Assembly (NCBI RefSeq): GCF_000143415.4
Contig: NW_003314275.1
Span: 1,617,955-1,681,954, forward strand
Direction of reading: 5' to 3'
DNA from: Selaginella moellendorffii
Lineage: Eukaryota; Plantae; Lycopodiophyta
Length of the DNA: 64,000 bases
The stretch's first letter is position 1, and each line of letters opens with the position of its first letter. The notes below the pieces were generated by a model that had not been told where the DNA came from, searched no databases, and worked only from the letters and a program-made list of their open reading frames with translations. This document shows positions 24,383 through 36,300 of the stretch, in pieces. A program made the position numbers and the translations under genes.

Positions 24383-26053
24383 TTACATTTTGCCTTGCGT
24401 CGATAAAAACCCGGACAAAACCTGGAAGTAAGTTACATCATGAGAGACTGGAGTGTTTGATCCACAAAACTCACATCACCAGCGGTGCTCTCGATCTTGA
24501 AGGAAGCAATCTCGTCGGCTCTAGTTTTTCCGACGTTGATTATGGCGATGGGAGAGCCTTGCTTATGAGCGGCACTGTGAACAGAGAGAAACGATTCACA
24601 CAACTCAGGAAAAGGCTCCCACTTACCTCACAAGACGAAAGGCCGATAAAACCATTACAGACGAGCCAACGATGAGTAAAGCATCCGACTCTTGAACCAT
24701 GCTTGCAGCAGCTCGAGCTCGATCTAAAGGAACGTTATCTCCGAAGAAAACCACCTGAGAAACAAAGCAACCGCGAATTAACCGAGAATGTCCTGGAGAC
24801 GAACTAGTGTTTTCATTTTATCCAGGAGACACTCGAAGAACTTACGTGAGGCTTCAAGTTTCCACCACAGGCCTGGCATGCCGGGATCTGGAAATCATCT
24901 CTGGAGAAGACGCTGTCGTCGATTTCTATGTCGCCATCCGGTCGCTGCTGCATTCCAAAGCTCGCATCCGACCCGACGGCTCCACCGCTTTCCACAATCT
25001 CCACGGCCGCTGCCCACTTGGTAGAAGCACGACAAAGTTATAAGCGTATGGATCAAGAACAAAAGAATGCATACCTCCAAGTTGAGAAGTTTCAAGCGGT
25101 CCTGGAAAGTTTGTCTGGGACTTAAATTGCCGCAGCTCAGGCACACGACTTGGTGCGTTGTTCCGTGCAGCTCGATGGGATTGCTCCCGGCTTTGTGATG
25201 CAATCTATGACGAAAAACGAGAAAAAACAGTGGAAGATGGTCGATCGATGGAGAAATCTCATGAACGTTTTGGATCAACCTGTCAACGTTTTGCGTGATC
25301 ATCCCCGTGGTTCGTGCGTCGTCTCCCTCGAGCTTTGCGAGAGCAATGTGACTTGGACCTGGTTGAGTTTGAGAAAATCGTCTCCAGCCAATGTAGCTGC
25401 GAGCCCAGTACCGTCTCCTGCTATAAGCGGACTTAAGAAATTCCTGGTAGAAGAAAAAAGAGAGAAGAAAATTCTTCAAGGAAAAACGTTTGGTTCGTTT
25501 ATTTCTCTTTTACCTGGTGAGTTATTGGCTTGAAACCTGTGCTATAAGCTCCTTGTGGACTGGCACCTTGAATACAGCAGCTATGAAAACCAAGAGATTT
25601 TTTTATTTTCTCTTTTTACCCTCTATAGTCTGGAATTCCAGACTCGGTGCTCACACCGGCGCCAGTTATCACGGCCAGCTTCTTGCTGGATTTGAAAGAA
25701 CGCACCAAAAAATCTAAGATCGAAAGAATAAGAGAAATTCAGTTACCTGTTTTGTAAGAAGTTGGAAAGGAGTTCATAGTCCCGGGAAGTGGGAGGAGCA
25801 GAGTGTGGGATGAGATTTCTATCGCCTGGAGTTTTAAATCTCACCACCTCGATTCGGGTAGACAAGCATCTGGATTTGAATGGAAGCCAAAGCCTCGATG
25901 GAAAATCTGACAAGTAAAGCTCGAATTTTGCTTGCTGAAATCGAATGGTTTACCTTGTCTTGGCAATTGGAACCTTGTTGCCTGTGGCGCAACGAATAAT
26001 AAGAAGAAGGAAAACGTAAGACTTACCGGCGCCATCGCCCAAAAGCGTTGCAT
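24383..26053 (-). CDS. SRT2: Sirtuin (SIR2 family, class II/SIRT4-like) NAD-dependent deacylase
   Basis: TGAGVSTESGIPDYR, RRRYWARSY, ITQNVDRLH, ELHGT, QQRPDGD, CQACGGNLKP, VVFFGDNVP, GSSV, INVGKTRAD. Start could be 26053 or 26036. Confidence 0.95.
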
Positions 26054-28425
26054 CCCTAGGGCTGGGAGTATCAATTGGAAAAATTGTCGTACACTCTTAA
26101 GTAAATATGCAAAAAAGTATATTGTGATAATGTTGTTTACTTTTTGATGAGCATTTTAAAAATAAATAAGTCTTAAAGTTTTTATGTATCTAAATAAATT
26201 TTCTAAGTACAATAAAAAACAGTGAAGGTGAAACCTTACTTTATAATCTTATAAAATATAAAATTATTCAAAATTTTCTCTTAATATAAGCTTATATAGT
26301 ATTTTTGAGTATGATTTTAAATATAAACTTCTTCTATTGAAAAGATTTTTAACAGCTATAAACATAAATTATAATTATATACAAAAGAAAATACATTTAA
26401 TCATATAGTTTAATATAAATCTTACTTCCTAAAACTCACATTATTATTTTAAGCAATGTATTATAAGTGCAGCCCAAAAAAGAAGAGAGCTCGATGGGAC
26501 AGAAATAATAGTTTTCCTGATTTGTTAATGGGAAATTAAAATAAGAAATTAAATAGAGATTAACATTTATATTCCCTATGGTATACATACTCATTAAAGA
26601 TTTGTAGTTTTTTTTTTTTGAAGGAAAAAGCTATATTAAATATTTTAAACAATCTACTATTTAATACAACCACACTTTTAAGAAATTTGGTAATTCATTA
26701 TCAAAACTGTAGATTAATGTACTAAGTAGCTGAAAACATTCTATTTATTATTTACAAAAGAGCTTTTTTATTTTTCCTAGATAAATTAACAAAAGTGCAA
26801 AGAATTAAATGCTAGTGACATGAAGTATATTAATAAGCTTTAAAAATAATTCATAAAGCTAAATTTATAAGATAGCAATATATCTGTACATGAAAATATT
26901 TGATATTTTATTTGCACTCTACATAAAAATCTTTTAATGAGATATATCCACTTATAATCATGAATTTGGATGTAAAGTGCATAAATTCTATCTCAAATAC
27001 TTGTATATTGTGTCACAGAACAATTATATTTTGAAAAGTATTAGTCATTTCACCAAATATTACCAAAAACTGACAAAAGAAAAGAAAAAAGAAAATAACT
27101 ACTATAAAGATGGTTTTTAATGTCCAAAATTAATGTTATATACATCTTGGTGTGCATATTATGTACTATATTAAAAAATAAACTGTCTGGCTCTCTCGAA
27201 AATCTCCCAGACGTCATTGCTTGCTTCAAATAATCACCCCTTTTTTTGGCATGTTGTGGCTGGAAAACAAACGCACCTTAGGCAGACAACTGCATGAATA
27301 AAAGTCATCTAGATCATTGTCTCTAGGATCCTTGCTTGGTACTAGAATTAAAGGTCAAACTTAAAAGTCCCTTCAGAGCACATTAAGTGGAATTCTAAAG
27401 GGAGAACCTATTCATGTACATTGACTGCTCGTTTGCCACCTTAAGTGAAAATCCAAAACCATGAACAAAAGATCATAGGAAAAGCAGGTTCCATTCATTT
27501 ATATTTTCCATGTGCTGTAAATTAGTATATGTATATATGTAACCTGTTTTAAATCTTGTGGTACCCATCTAAACATAAGATCCCAACTCAGTATATGAAA
27601 AGTTGGTGAACTCGCACTACGTTTCTCCTTACTTTAGCTACCAACAAGATTAAGCACTGCTTTTATATGAGAGAATTCTGCGCAGATACATAAAAGTTTT
27701 GTGAGAGTGTACCAGCGCCCATCTTGAAGCAGGATGGATGCAAAATTGCAGTCTGAACTATCCATGCCTATTATTCTATCCTTTTCCGATTATTCGTAAG
27801 ATCTCTGGTGTCGCATGCGAGACGTGGATTTGGCATCGCAGCTCCATGCATGTAATTTAATTGGGATGACAATGGTGGCGAGGAGAGTGTCTGTCTCCCC
27901 GTTCCAGTCCATGTCTTGCGTGCGAAACTCCGTGTAGGCAGACCGGGCAGAGTGGAATTTTCGTTTGGCCGCATCACCCAAGATGGATATGCCTCGAATG
28001 CAAACTCCTCCTGAATCATCCACAACCACAAAAGCAATGGGCACTGTTTATCTGAAGAACAGGGGGACAAGAGTGTGAAAGGCATCCATTGCATTGGCCT
28101 CCAGTTGGGCACCCAATAGACCCCAAAAATATGCAAGCAGACAACTAGGTGCTTGAACCAGAGCTATCTAAGCGGACCTCGTCCTTGGATGAAATAGCAT
28201 AATATCCTTAAAGCCAGATTCTCCCACTTATAAACTCTTTGTTGTTTGAGATCATGTCGCTCCTTCCCACTTTTCTTGATTCGAACCAATCTGTTCAAGG
28301 TTGACATGTAAGAGAATTTGAATTTGAATTTGAATTTGATCTAGGAATTATAAATAAGCCGCCATAGCTCAATAAAATTTACAAAGGGTAACAAATACAG
28401 TTACAGCGCTTTACAAAATAGCTTT

Positions 28426-29238
28426 CTACCAGTCGCCGCCACCGAAGTCTCCACCACCAAAATCCCCACCACCATAGTCCCCACCACCATAGTCCCCACC
28501 ATAGCCTCCATCGTAGTGAGCATCGTTAATCATATCTCCAACAAGTAAACCCCCCAGTAGCCCCGCGCCCAAACCGAGCCCAGCCCCGCCCATACCCATA
28601 CCACCCCCGCCAAACCGGTTCCTTCTCGGGGGCATCATTGGCGGCATAACCGGGGCGCCGTACGCCGGCGGGTAGTACGGCTGCTGCTGCTGCTGGTACA
28701 TTCCTTGCTGCTGGGGTGGATATCCCGCCGCCGGGGGATATGCCTGGGGACATGCCGAGGATGGCCCTTGCCCCTGTGGGTTGTAAGGGTAGGCCGTGGG
28801 CGCCGGCTGCTGTGTTCTTGACGAATTCCCCTGGAATTTCTCTCCGACCTTGACAGAGACGTGGATCGTGCCTTGCAATCGCCCCGATGGGCGCCGGACC
28901 TTGAAGGAGAGGGGCGCATCGCCGGAGCCCTTGGCGGAGATCTCCTGGAGGGGGATGTTGGCGCGCCCCACGATCGTGCTCTCGAGAAATCCCCTGTGGT
29001 AAATCTCCAGGACCAGGAACGCGCCCGGCTGCTGGAGCAATTGATCCTCCACCGACAGCATCAGCTTCTCGTTCCAGCGAGGGTTCTTACCCGGCAGCTG
29101 CGACAGATTTGTGGACGCCTTGCGCGACGGATCCACCCACGCCACCACGTACGTTTGCATCTTGCCGACGAGCTTCACATCCTTGAGATCCTCCGCCGAG
29201 ATGGGCGTCACTTCGAGCATCCGGAGCTCCGTCGTCAT
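28426..29238 (-). CDS. SRC2-like C2-domain protein with Pro/Tyr/Gln-rich and Gly/Asp-rich tail
   Basis: LEVT.ISAEDLKDV...KMQTYVVAWV...NPRWNEK, VRRPSGR.QG, GLGLGAGLLGGLLVGDMI, GGGDF repeats; intronless. Confidence 0.9.
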   Translation of the reverse strand: MTTELRMLEVTPISAEDLKDVKLVGKMQTYVVAWVDPSRKASTNLSQLPGKNPRWNEKLMLSVEDQLLQQPGAFLVLEIYHRGFLESTIVGRANIPLQEISAKGSGDAPLSFKVRRPSGRLQGTIHVSVKVGEKFQGNSSRTQQPAPTAYPYNPQGQGPSSACPQAYPPAAGYPPQQQGMYQQQQQPYYPPAYGAPVMPPMMPPRRNRFGGGGMGMGGAGLGLGAGLLGGLLVGDMINDAHYDGGYGGDYGGGDYGGGDFGGGDFGGGDW

Positions 29239-29652
29239 CGCGAAATCGATGGATTCTTCACCCTCCAAGCTATTTCTTTAAAGTCCCCAAAACCGCCATG
29301 GAGCACGCGTGACCGTCGATTTCGTGGAACCGTGAGAATTTGACACGTCAGACACTTGCGGACACGGATCGATACGCGGTGGCAGCATTTCACATGTCAT
29401 TCATTCGTAGCGGTTCGATTCCTGATATTGACATTTCAAAGATCGTGGGATAGCCCATTTTGGAGCAATTCATTCTTTTAGCGGTTCGATTCCTGGCACT
29501 GATATTTTAAAAGCCCTAATTTTGGACATAAACACGACATTTCTTCCCTGTACAACGAAAGCAACCCAAGAGCAAAGGAACAACGCGGCCTTGTCGCAAT
29601 CGCGAGAGAGATTCCCCAAATTCGCTATCGATTGATCGATCGCTGGCACCGA

Positions 29653-30975
29653 TCAGAAACAGATTGGACATCTCACGAGACCGTTTTCATTGCAATCCCA
29701 GCAGCGCACGATCGCCTGCCCGCTACCATCGCCATCGCCATCGCCCACCAGGAGCTTGCAGCTCCCGCCACACTCGACGCACGGGATGAATCGCGCGCCG
29801 CCGCACCCCTCGCAAGATCTCTTGACCCTCTCCTTGGGGATCCCTTCCAGGAGCTCGCGCAGGACTCCGCTCTCGTTGAGCGCCATCACCTCCTCGCCGC
29901 CACCGATGTGGCGCCCCTTGATGAACAGGCGAGGCACCGGCGCGGCGCCCACCAGATCGCGCAGCTCGCGCCGGAACTCGGCGTGCATCGCCACGTCCCG
30001 CTCGTCGATCCGCGCGAAATTCACCTCCAGGATCGTCCTCACCGCCCGGCACAGCTCGTGGGTCTTGCGGATCCCCTGGAGGCTCGTCACGTAGAGCACC
30101 ACGCGATTCTCCCCGCCCGGAGGGCACTTGCGATCGAATCGCTCCAGGAGCTCTTCCTCCCGCCGCTGCTTGAAATCGCGGAGATGGGAGAGATCACGAT
30201 GGCGATCCGCGAAGTTGGTCTTGTCTCGCAAGCAATTGCCACCGCCACTACCACTGCTCTTGGCGACGATCGCCTCCAATCTCTCCATCTTTCTCGGCCC
30301 GACGATGTACCAATCTTCCAGCGACGATGGGGGCGAAGAGCCCGCGATCTCTCCCTTGCTTTGCCAGTCCTCCACGCTCCTGGGCGATTCCTTGTCGCCC
30401 TCCGCAAGCCAGGCACCGTAGAAGAGCCCCTTCTTCACGCCTGGCGAGAGCACGCTTGGCGAGAGCAGCGGCGGCGACCTTCCAATCTTCTCGCCGGATT
30501 TGCGGAGGAGGCTCGCGTTGGGCGATTTCTCCTCCAGCACCAGCGGCAATCCCGCGACAAGCCCCTGGAATTCGCTCGATCGCGACAGGGAGGAGTGTGG
30601 CAGCGACACCGATTTGCTGTAAGTCCGAGCTCTCTTCCGGGGCTTGGCGATGGTGCTCGAGCACAGCGCCGTCTCGTCCACAATCTCCCACGAATCGCTT
30701 TCCCGGACCCTGGGCTTGCTGGGATTGATCACCTCCCCCGGATCCTCTACTCCCTCTTCTTCCTCCTCGATTTCTTGCGAGAAATCGGCCGATCTCTCGT
30801 AGCGATGCAAGGCGGCGCCATAGCTGGACTGGCGATGATCGGAGGAGCAATTGGAGAAGGACATGGACGACACGGGCGGCATCGACCAGCTGCGCGACAG
30901 GCTCCTCACCAGCGGGAGATTCCAGCCTTGATCCGCCCTAGCAGCGCTGCCATTCTTGGAGGAACTGCAGCCCAT
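29653..30975 (-). CDS. Glutaredoxin-like domain protein with C-terminal CxxC zinc motifs and N-terminal MGC acylation motif
   Basis: MGCSSSK start; CPPGGENRVVLYVTSLQGIRKT, ERDV.MH.EFR.EL, VPRLFIKGRHIGG, CEGCGGARFIPC..C.GSCK, RCWDCNENGLVRCPIC. Confidence 0.93.
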   Translation of the reverse strand: MGCSSSKNGSAARADQGWNLPLVRSLSRSWSMPPVSSMSFSNCSSDHRQSSYGAALHRYERSADFSQEIEEEEEGVEDPGEVINPSKPRVRESDSWEIVDETALCSSTIAKPRKRARTYSKSVSLPHSSLSRSSEFQGLVAGLPLVLEEKSPNASLLRKSGEKIGRSPPLLSPSVLSPGVKKGLFYGAWLAEGDKESPRSVEDWQSKGEIAGSSPPSSLEDWYIVGPRKMERLEAIVAKSSGSGGGNCLRDKTNFADRHRDLSHLRDFKQRREEELLERFDRKCPPGGENRVVLYVTSLQGIRKTHELCRAVRTILEVNFARIDERDVAMHAEFRRELRDLVGAAPVPRLFIKGRHIGGGEEVMALNESGVLRELLEGIPKERVKRSCEGCGGARFIPCVECGGSCKLLVGDGDGDGSGQAIVRCWDCNENGLVRCPICF

Positions 30976-31816
30976 GGGAGAAGAGATCTTCCACTCCCAG
31001 CTCCTGGATCTCAAGAACCCTAGAAAAAAGAAGTGGATTTAGCTAGACAAGGAAGGGCGAGCTTACCTCTGGCAGTGGCAGCGCCGAGATGGATCGCTCA
31101 GCGGCCATGGTCTGAGCGCCGGGGTGCGCGATTTCTCGCCGCGATCTTCGCAATGTGGATCTTGATCGATCCTTGGTGATCCACAAGAACACGCAAGGAA
31201 AGGAAAAAGATGCCCACTTGATCTCCACTAGCGCTGGCGGCCGGGGGCGAGCGACCGGGCTTAGCGCTTCCACACGTAGCGTGGCAAATGCATGGCGGCC
31301 AGGGGAACGTCTAGCCCCTGTTGTAGCGCTTCCAATGGCGCAAAAAGAAAGTGCGGACAAATAAAGGAAGCCAAAGAGCTGTTGCAAACCAGCGGCCAGG
31401 ATTTCGTCTCTCTCCTCTGGCAATTCTAGGGCAATTTGGAATTCTCCCTGACACCATCACGGAGGAGCGATGGAATGGTGGTGTCGTGGCCTTGCCGGTA
31501 GATGCGAGGTTAATTCGTGCGCGTGGAATCTTAGATCCGTCCAATTTCTCGCAGGTGAGAGCGGACGATCCGTGAATCTTGTCTCTTTTGAGTCTCCTTT
31601 GGAGCTATAGAGCATTCATGGCTATGGAAAGCTTCATGAGACCTCTTCGTTGTCTCTTCTCTCTTCTAAGATTTACAAAAAAGCGCTAGACCTGGATCTC
31701 TTCCTTCTGAGCGTTGTGCGTTTGATCAATTGCAATTGAAGCTTGTCAACACGATCTGGAAGTAAAGAACCAGACTTAGTTCTGGGGATGTTCTACCAAG
31801 AGCTCTTCCTGTGATC

Positions 31817-32375
31817 TTATTCCGGGGATGGTTTAGGAGGAAGGGCATAAGTTGCAGCCTTACTATCGACTTCCTCCTTGTTGGGCCCGGCAACCACGTC
31901 GATTTGCCGTCCACCCCTGATGAACACGAACGTTGGAACGGACTTGACACCCCACTGCGCGGTCACGTCCTGCGATTCACTCCAAGAAAACCCACAAGAA
32001 ATCCAGCGTGAGTTCTTCGCCGCGCTTGATCGAGATCAAGATCTTGGTTCTTACCGGGAGCATGTCGACGTCGATCCTCACGAAGTACATCCCCGGGTGC
32101 TTCTTCGAGATCTCGTCGAATTGCGGATTGATCTCCTTGCACTTGTTACACCAGGACGCCACGAAGCTCACGACCATCTGGGAGAGAGGCAGCGCAATGG
32201 AGAAGAAGCAAAGAAAAGAGAGGCATGGCGAGAGCGCGATGGGCGAAGCAAACCTTACAGGCTTGTAAATGTCGATGGATCGCCTGAGCTTGATGCGCCA
32301 GTCCTCGCCCGTGTCCGCATTCTCCACCGCCACCGGCAGATCCAGCGCCGGCGCGGCGTCTTTTCCCTTCTTCAT
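31817..32375 (-). CDS. Thioredoxin-family protein with atypical WCNKC site (3 exons)
   Basis: VVSFVASWCNKCKEINPQF...FVRIDVD | DVTAQWGVKSVPTFVFIRGGRQIDVVAG. Confidence 0.88.
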
Positions 32376-32457
32376 CGCGTCCTCAAGGGTTTAGGGCAAG
32401 AAAAGGCGCGAAACGTCACAATAGATAGTATGGGCTTGAGACCTGTAACATGTACCA

Positions 32458-32528
32458 GCGCAGCTGGTGTAGTGGTATCATAGTACCCTCCCACGGTACT
32501 GACCGGGGTTCGATTCCCCGGCTGCGCA
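32458..32528 (+). tRNA. tRNA-Gly (CCC)
   Basis: Acceptor GCGCAGC/GCTGCGC, anticodon stem GTACC/GGTAC with loop CTCCCAC, T-arm CGGGG-TTCGATT-CCCCG, followed by an oligo-T Pol III terminator. Confidence 0.97.
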
Positions 32529-32696
32529 TTTTTTAGAAAATGCTCTTTTTTCATTCAAATTTTCCATTTTTTTTGCCCAAAGTGAAGCTCCAACTTTGAA
32601 GGCTGCGACACCCTGCTTGTAATAAAAACAAGAGTAATTCTATCATTCATGGTCGATGGTTTTTCAAGAAAAAGGAGTGAAGTCCAAGAAGTACAT

Positions 32697-33047
32697 TCAA
32701 CGCCTTCTTCTCTTTCTCGTCCGCCTACGAGAACGGCGGGTCGATAGTCGGGAACGGCTGCGGGACGACGATTTGGATCTCCTTGTCGCAGAAAAGAAAG
32801 TCTTTTTCTTGCGCTTGAACCTGTACCTGCCCCGCACTCGCTCCACGCGCCCGCCCTGAGCAAGCCCAAACATCGTCCGGCAGATGACGAACTTGAACTT
32901 GGGCGGCAGCTTGGGTCCAAACTTTCGCCTCACCCGCCTCGCAACCCCGCCGGGCGTGCAACCCTTCTTGGATTTGAGCGCCATCACCGTCTCCCTCATC
33001 ACCTGCGCCTCCGCCAACTTTCCTCCTCCTACTCGCCTCCTCGCCAT
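32697..33047 (-). CDS. Arg-rich linker-histone (H15 winged-helix)/protamine-like protein
   Basis: 116 aa with 30 Arg and 14 Lys. MRETVMALKSKKGCT...LPPKFK...LAQGGRVERVRGRYRF parallels the plant H1 globular domain; RS/R-rich tail. Confidence 0.8.
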   Translation of the reverse strand: MARRRVGGGKLAEAQVMRETVMALKSKKGCTPGGVARRVRRKFGPKLPPKFKFVICRTMFGLAQGGRVERVRGRYRFKRKKKTFFSATRRSKSSSRSRSRLSTRRSRRRTRKRRRR

Positions 33048-33388
33048 CTCTTCGCTGCTCCAATCTCTCGAAGAACAACGGTTCGCAGGTTTTTGAAAAA
33101 AATCGAATATACTTTGGTTTTATCCTCTATATTTCAGTTTTTTCAAAGATGGCATATATATTGAAAGTACGTCTTTCCGTTTTCGCGTTTCTAGCATGTG
33201 TGTCTTTGTAGCATTCACCTTTAATATCGGGATAAGATCTATGTCTGTTGTTATTGTTTATAAAATTTTTGACTGTATGTATGTCTGTACATTTTGGAAA
33301 AGGGGATGGAGGAACACTGGCTCACTCCATCGCAGGAAGGACGATCCAAAGTGTGGAAAAAAGGAGACAAGAAAAATCCCAGGGATCA

Positions 33389-36300
33389 TCACCGCTGCTT
33401 CTTTCTGTTGCTGAAGAACAAGCTGAGAAGTGCCACCGCTCGCGCTCCAATGCCGTATGCGATGAGCACGGCCACGCAGAGGTTGAAGTGATTGAGGTCG
33501 TACCCTGATCTCGCCAGAGCTCCGCATCGAGTTATCAGCCATACTCCAGAGTACCTGATGTTTTCGCACGGGTTAAATCCAAAGATACTTGAACTCTCCA
33601 ATCGTACCTTTGTGCGTTTGCAACAACGTACGCCTCGAGCGCCCACCGGGCATAGCTGCCTTGGATGAGAACTTTAAGGATTCCAGTTGCGCCTGTTCTT
33701 GTGGCTACCAGCGTTGATACAACTGGGAAGAACACGCAGCACTGCAGCAGAAAAGCGGTGTAAGCAAGCCGAGGAAGAAAAGGACATATACGGACTAGTA
33801 ACTCTTACCAGTTGAGCTGTCGATGGTTGCATGAGAATCGCAAAGACGTATGCGATCCCAGTGATGCAGTAAATAAATGCCAAGGTGATGATGTAGTTGG
33901 AAATGAATGTTGACCTCGGGTTGCAGAAGAAATAAAACATGGATAGATAGACGAATGGCTTGACGACTGTGTTGAAGTGATCCACGGTATCCTTGGCAAG
34001 GAAAAACGCTACCCGGTTTATCCCGGAAGCACTCTCCCGCCAGAACTGGAGTTTATCGGCGGAGAACGTTCTAAGAGCTGATATCATACACAGGAGAGCT
34101 GCGCACGGCACGAAAACAAAGCGTAAGTTGGAGACAAAACTTAAGCTTTCCAAGCACTTACAGAGAGCAATGATAGAATAAGGATATCCGTTTGCCCCTA
34201 GAGCTTGGTCTTTGGCGTCTGCGAGTAGCCCCACGCAAATACCGGCAAGAAACAAGATAATGTAATCTTGGACCAAAAGTCTAGCTTCTCGGAACCGCTG
34301 CTTGGATACTCTGATTACAGCAGAGAAAAAAAATTAAGTAACCGAATGAAACGAAAACCAACAGTGCTACAAACCTTCCCAAGATGAGGCTGAACTGCGA
34401 AAAGAAACCAGGTATCTTTCGACCTGTTATATCCGGAACCGAGAAGATAGCATGCCGAATTCCATCCCACCACACGACTACTGGCTCCTTCAGCTCTTGC
34501 CAAGCTTCCTCTCTGAAAGTTTTCGTCTGTTCCAGCTTCTTGCGAGAAACGATACTGAAGTCACTTTCAGCAACAGCGGCCATCTCTTTAAGTTCGTCAG
34601 GTATTGCATGCCCCTCGTGTTGCATCCAAATAATTGGGAGCATCGAAGGGTCAAACGTGGGGTTCCCTTCAGGCTTCACTACCCCTTCGAGAAGATCCAT
34701 GTAGTGATCTGGAGGATTAATCCGTTCTGGAACAACAACCCCAAGAGATATGAAGTAGCTCTCAACATCGGCAACTGGCCCCAAGTAAGCGGTCCGACCA
34801 CCTTTAGCCAAAAACATCACGTAGTCGAACATCATGAACAGTCCATAACTGCAAACAAAACAGTTAAATCCTTTGAATCGGAATCACGAAAGCAAATTCT
34901 GTACCTCGGTTGATGAAGAACCACCACCACATTGACTCCTAACATAGCTTCTCTTCGCAAAGCTTGTACCACCAACCGTGAGGATGTACTGTCCAATCCA
35001 GAAGTAGGCTCGTCGAGAATTAAAAGTGAAGGCTCCATGACCATCTCAAGTCCCACATTGACTCTTTTCCTTTGTCCTCCAGAGATTCCACGCTTTTCAA
35101 CAGTGCCAACCAAGGAATCTCGAATCGGACCCAGCCCCAGTGAAGCAATAATTCTTTCGACTAGTAGAACTCGCTCACGTTTGGGCAAATCAACACTGAG
35201 CCTGCAACAAACTTAACAGTTAGACAAGAATAGCGACAACAAAAGAGACAAAGCAACGAACCTGTATTTCGAGCTAAAGACGAGATTCTCTTCCACCGTC
35301 AAACTTCCATGAACAATATCATCTTGAGGGACGAATCCAATGATTTTCCTGTACGATCGTATCGACCCCTGCTTCCCATTAATGTACATGTGCCCGGTGG
35401 TGTTACACTCACTTGCGGCTTTGCCAGCCACCGCATTTAAAAATGTTGTCTTCCCTGCTCCGGATGGTCCCATGATTGCCGTGATGTCTCCAGGCGTCAG
35501 CTTTCCAGTAACATTCGACAAAATCCTCTTCCCGGTTTTCTTGAGAACCATCGTAAGATTCTCAAATCGAAGTTCTATGAGTGGCCGCTTCCTGCGGCCG
35601 TCGGCTACCATGTTAGCGGTGGACTCTTTGATGAAGTCGGTTGCTTTCTCCTGCTCAATCTGCCTGAAAGCGTAGCCGAAAATCTGGCTCTCAGTATCGC
35701 TGCTCTTGTCCATGTGTACCCCGCCATGTTTAGCAGCGTACGCCATTGGAGGCATTGCTAGCTGTGGAGGATGAGTGCCCGTGGGACTTGCCTGCATTGC
35801 CACTACGTGTTCCTGGTCATGGGACTTGGAAAACCCCATAGGCGTCAGCTCCTGTATCTCTTCCGAACTTTTCACTCGCTTCCGAGAGAACGTTCTGCTG
35901 AACTTGGAACTGAATGTCTTGGCTCTCTTGGATACTTCTTTCATAACTTTCCAGCGCTCCATCGCAGAGACATGCTCTCGCGCTTGCCGTGCAGCTTTCT
36001 CACGAGCTTTGGACTTTCGTTTATCTCGAAAGTTCATGACTTGGTCCGAGCAACTGTAAACCAGAACCAGCAGCATGGCAAGGATAGTCTGCAGTTAAGT
36101 TGCCAAGAGTCAGAAAATCCTATCGGGACGAAAAAAGTTGCTTACTATAAACAATGCGCCATAGACGCGTAAATTTTGGCGGTCCGATCCCGTCTTGCAG
36201 GACGTAAACTTGTAACATCCTGAGGTACTAAAATCGTTAATGACAATCAAGGAAGGAAAAACACAACAAAAGAGTCAAACTTACGTTTTGGAGAAGTGGC

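Noticed and set aside
27771-28136. Short ORFs in a higher-GC intergenic patch
   Set aside because: No ATG-led model or recognisable motif; at most an orphan exon
29632-31023. 463-aa plus-strand ORF
   Set aside because: Antisense shadow of the GC-rich intronless glutaredoxin-like gene; non-ATG start and no motifs
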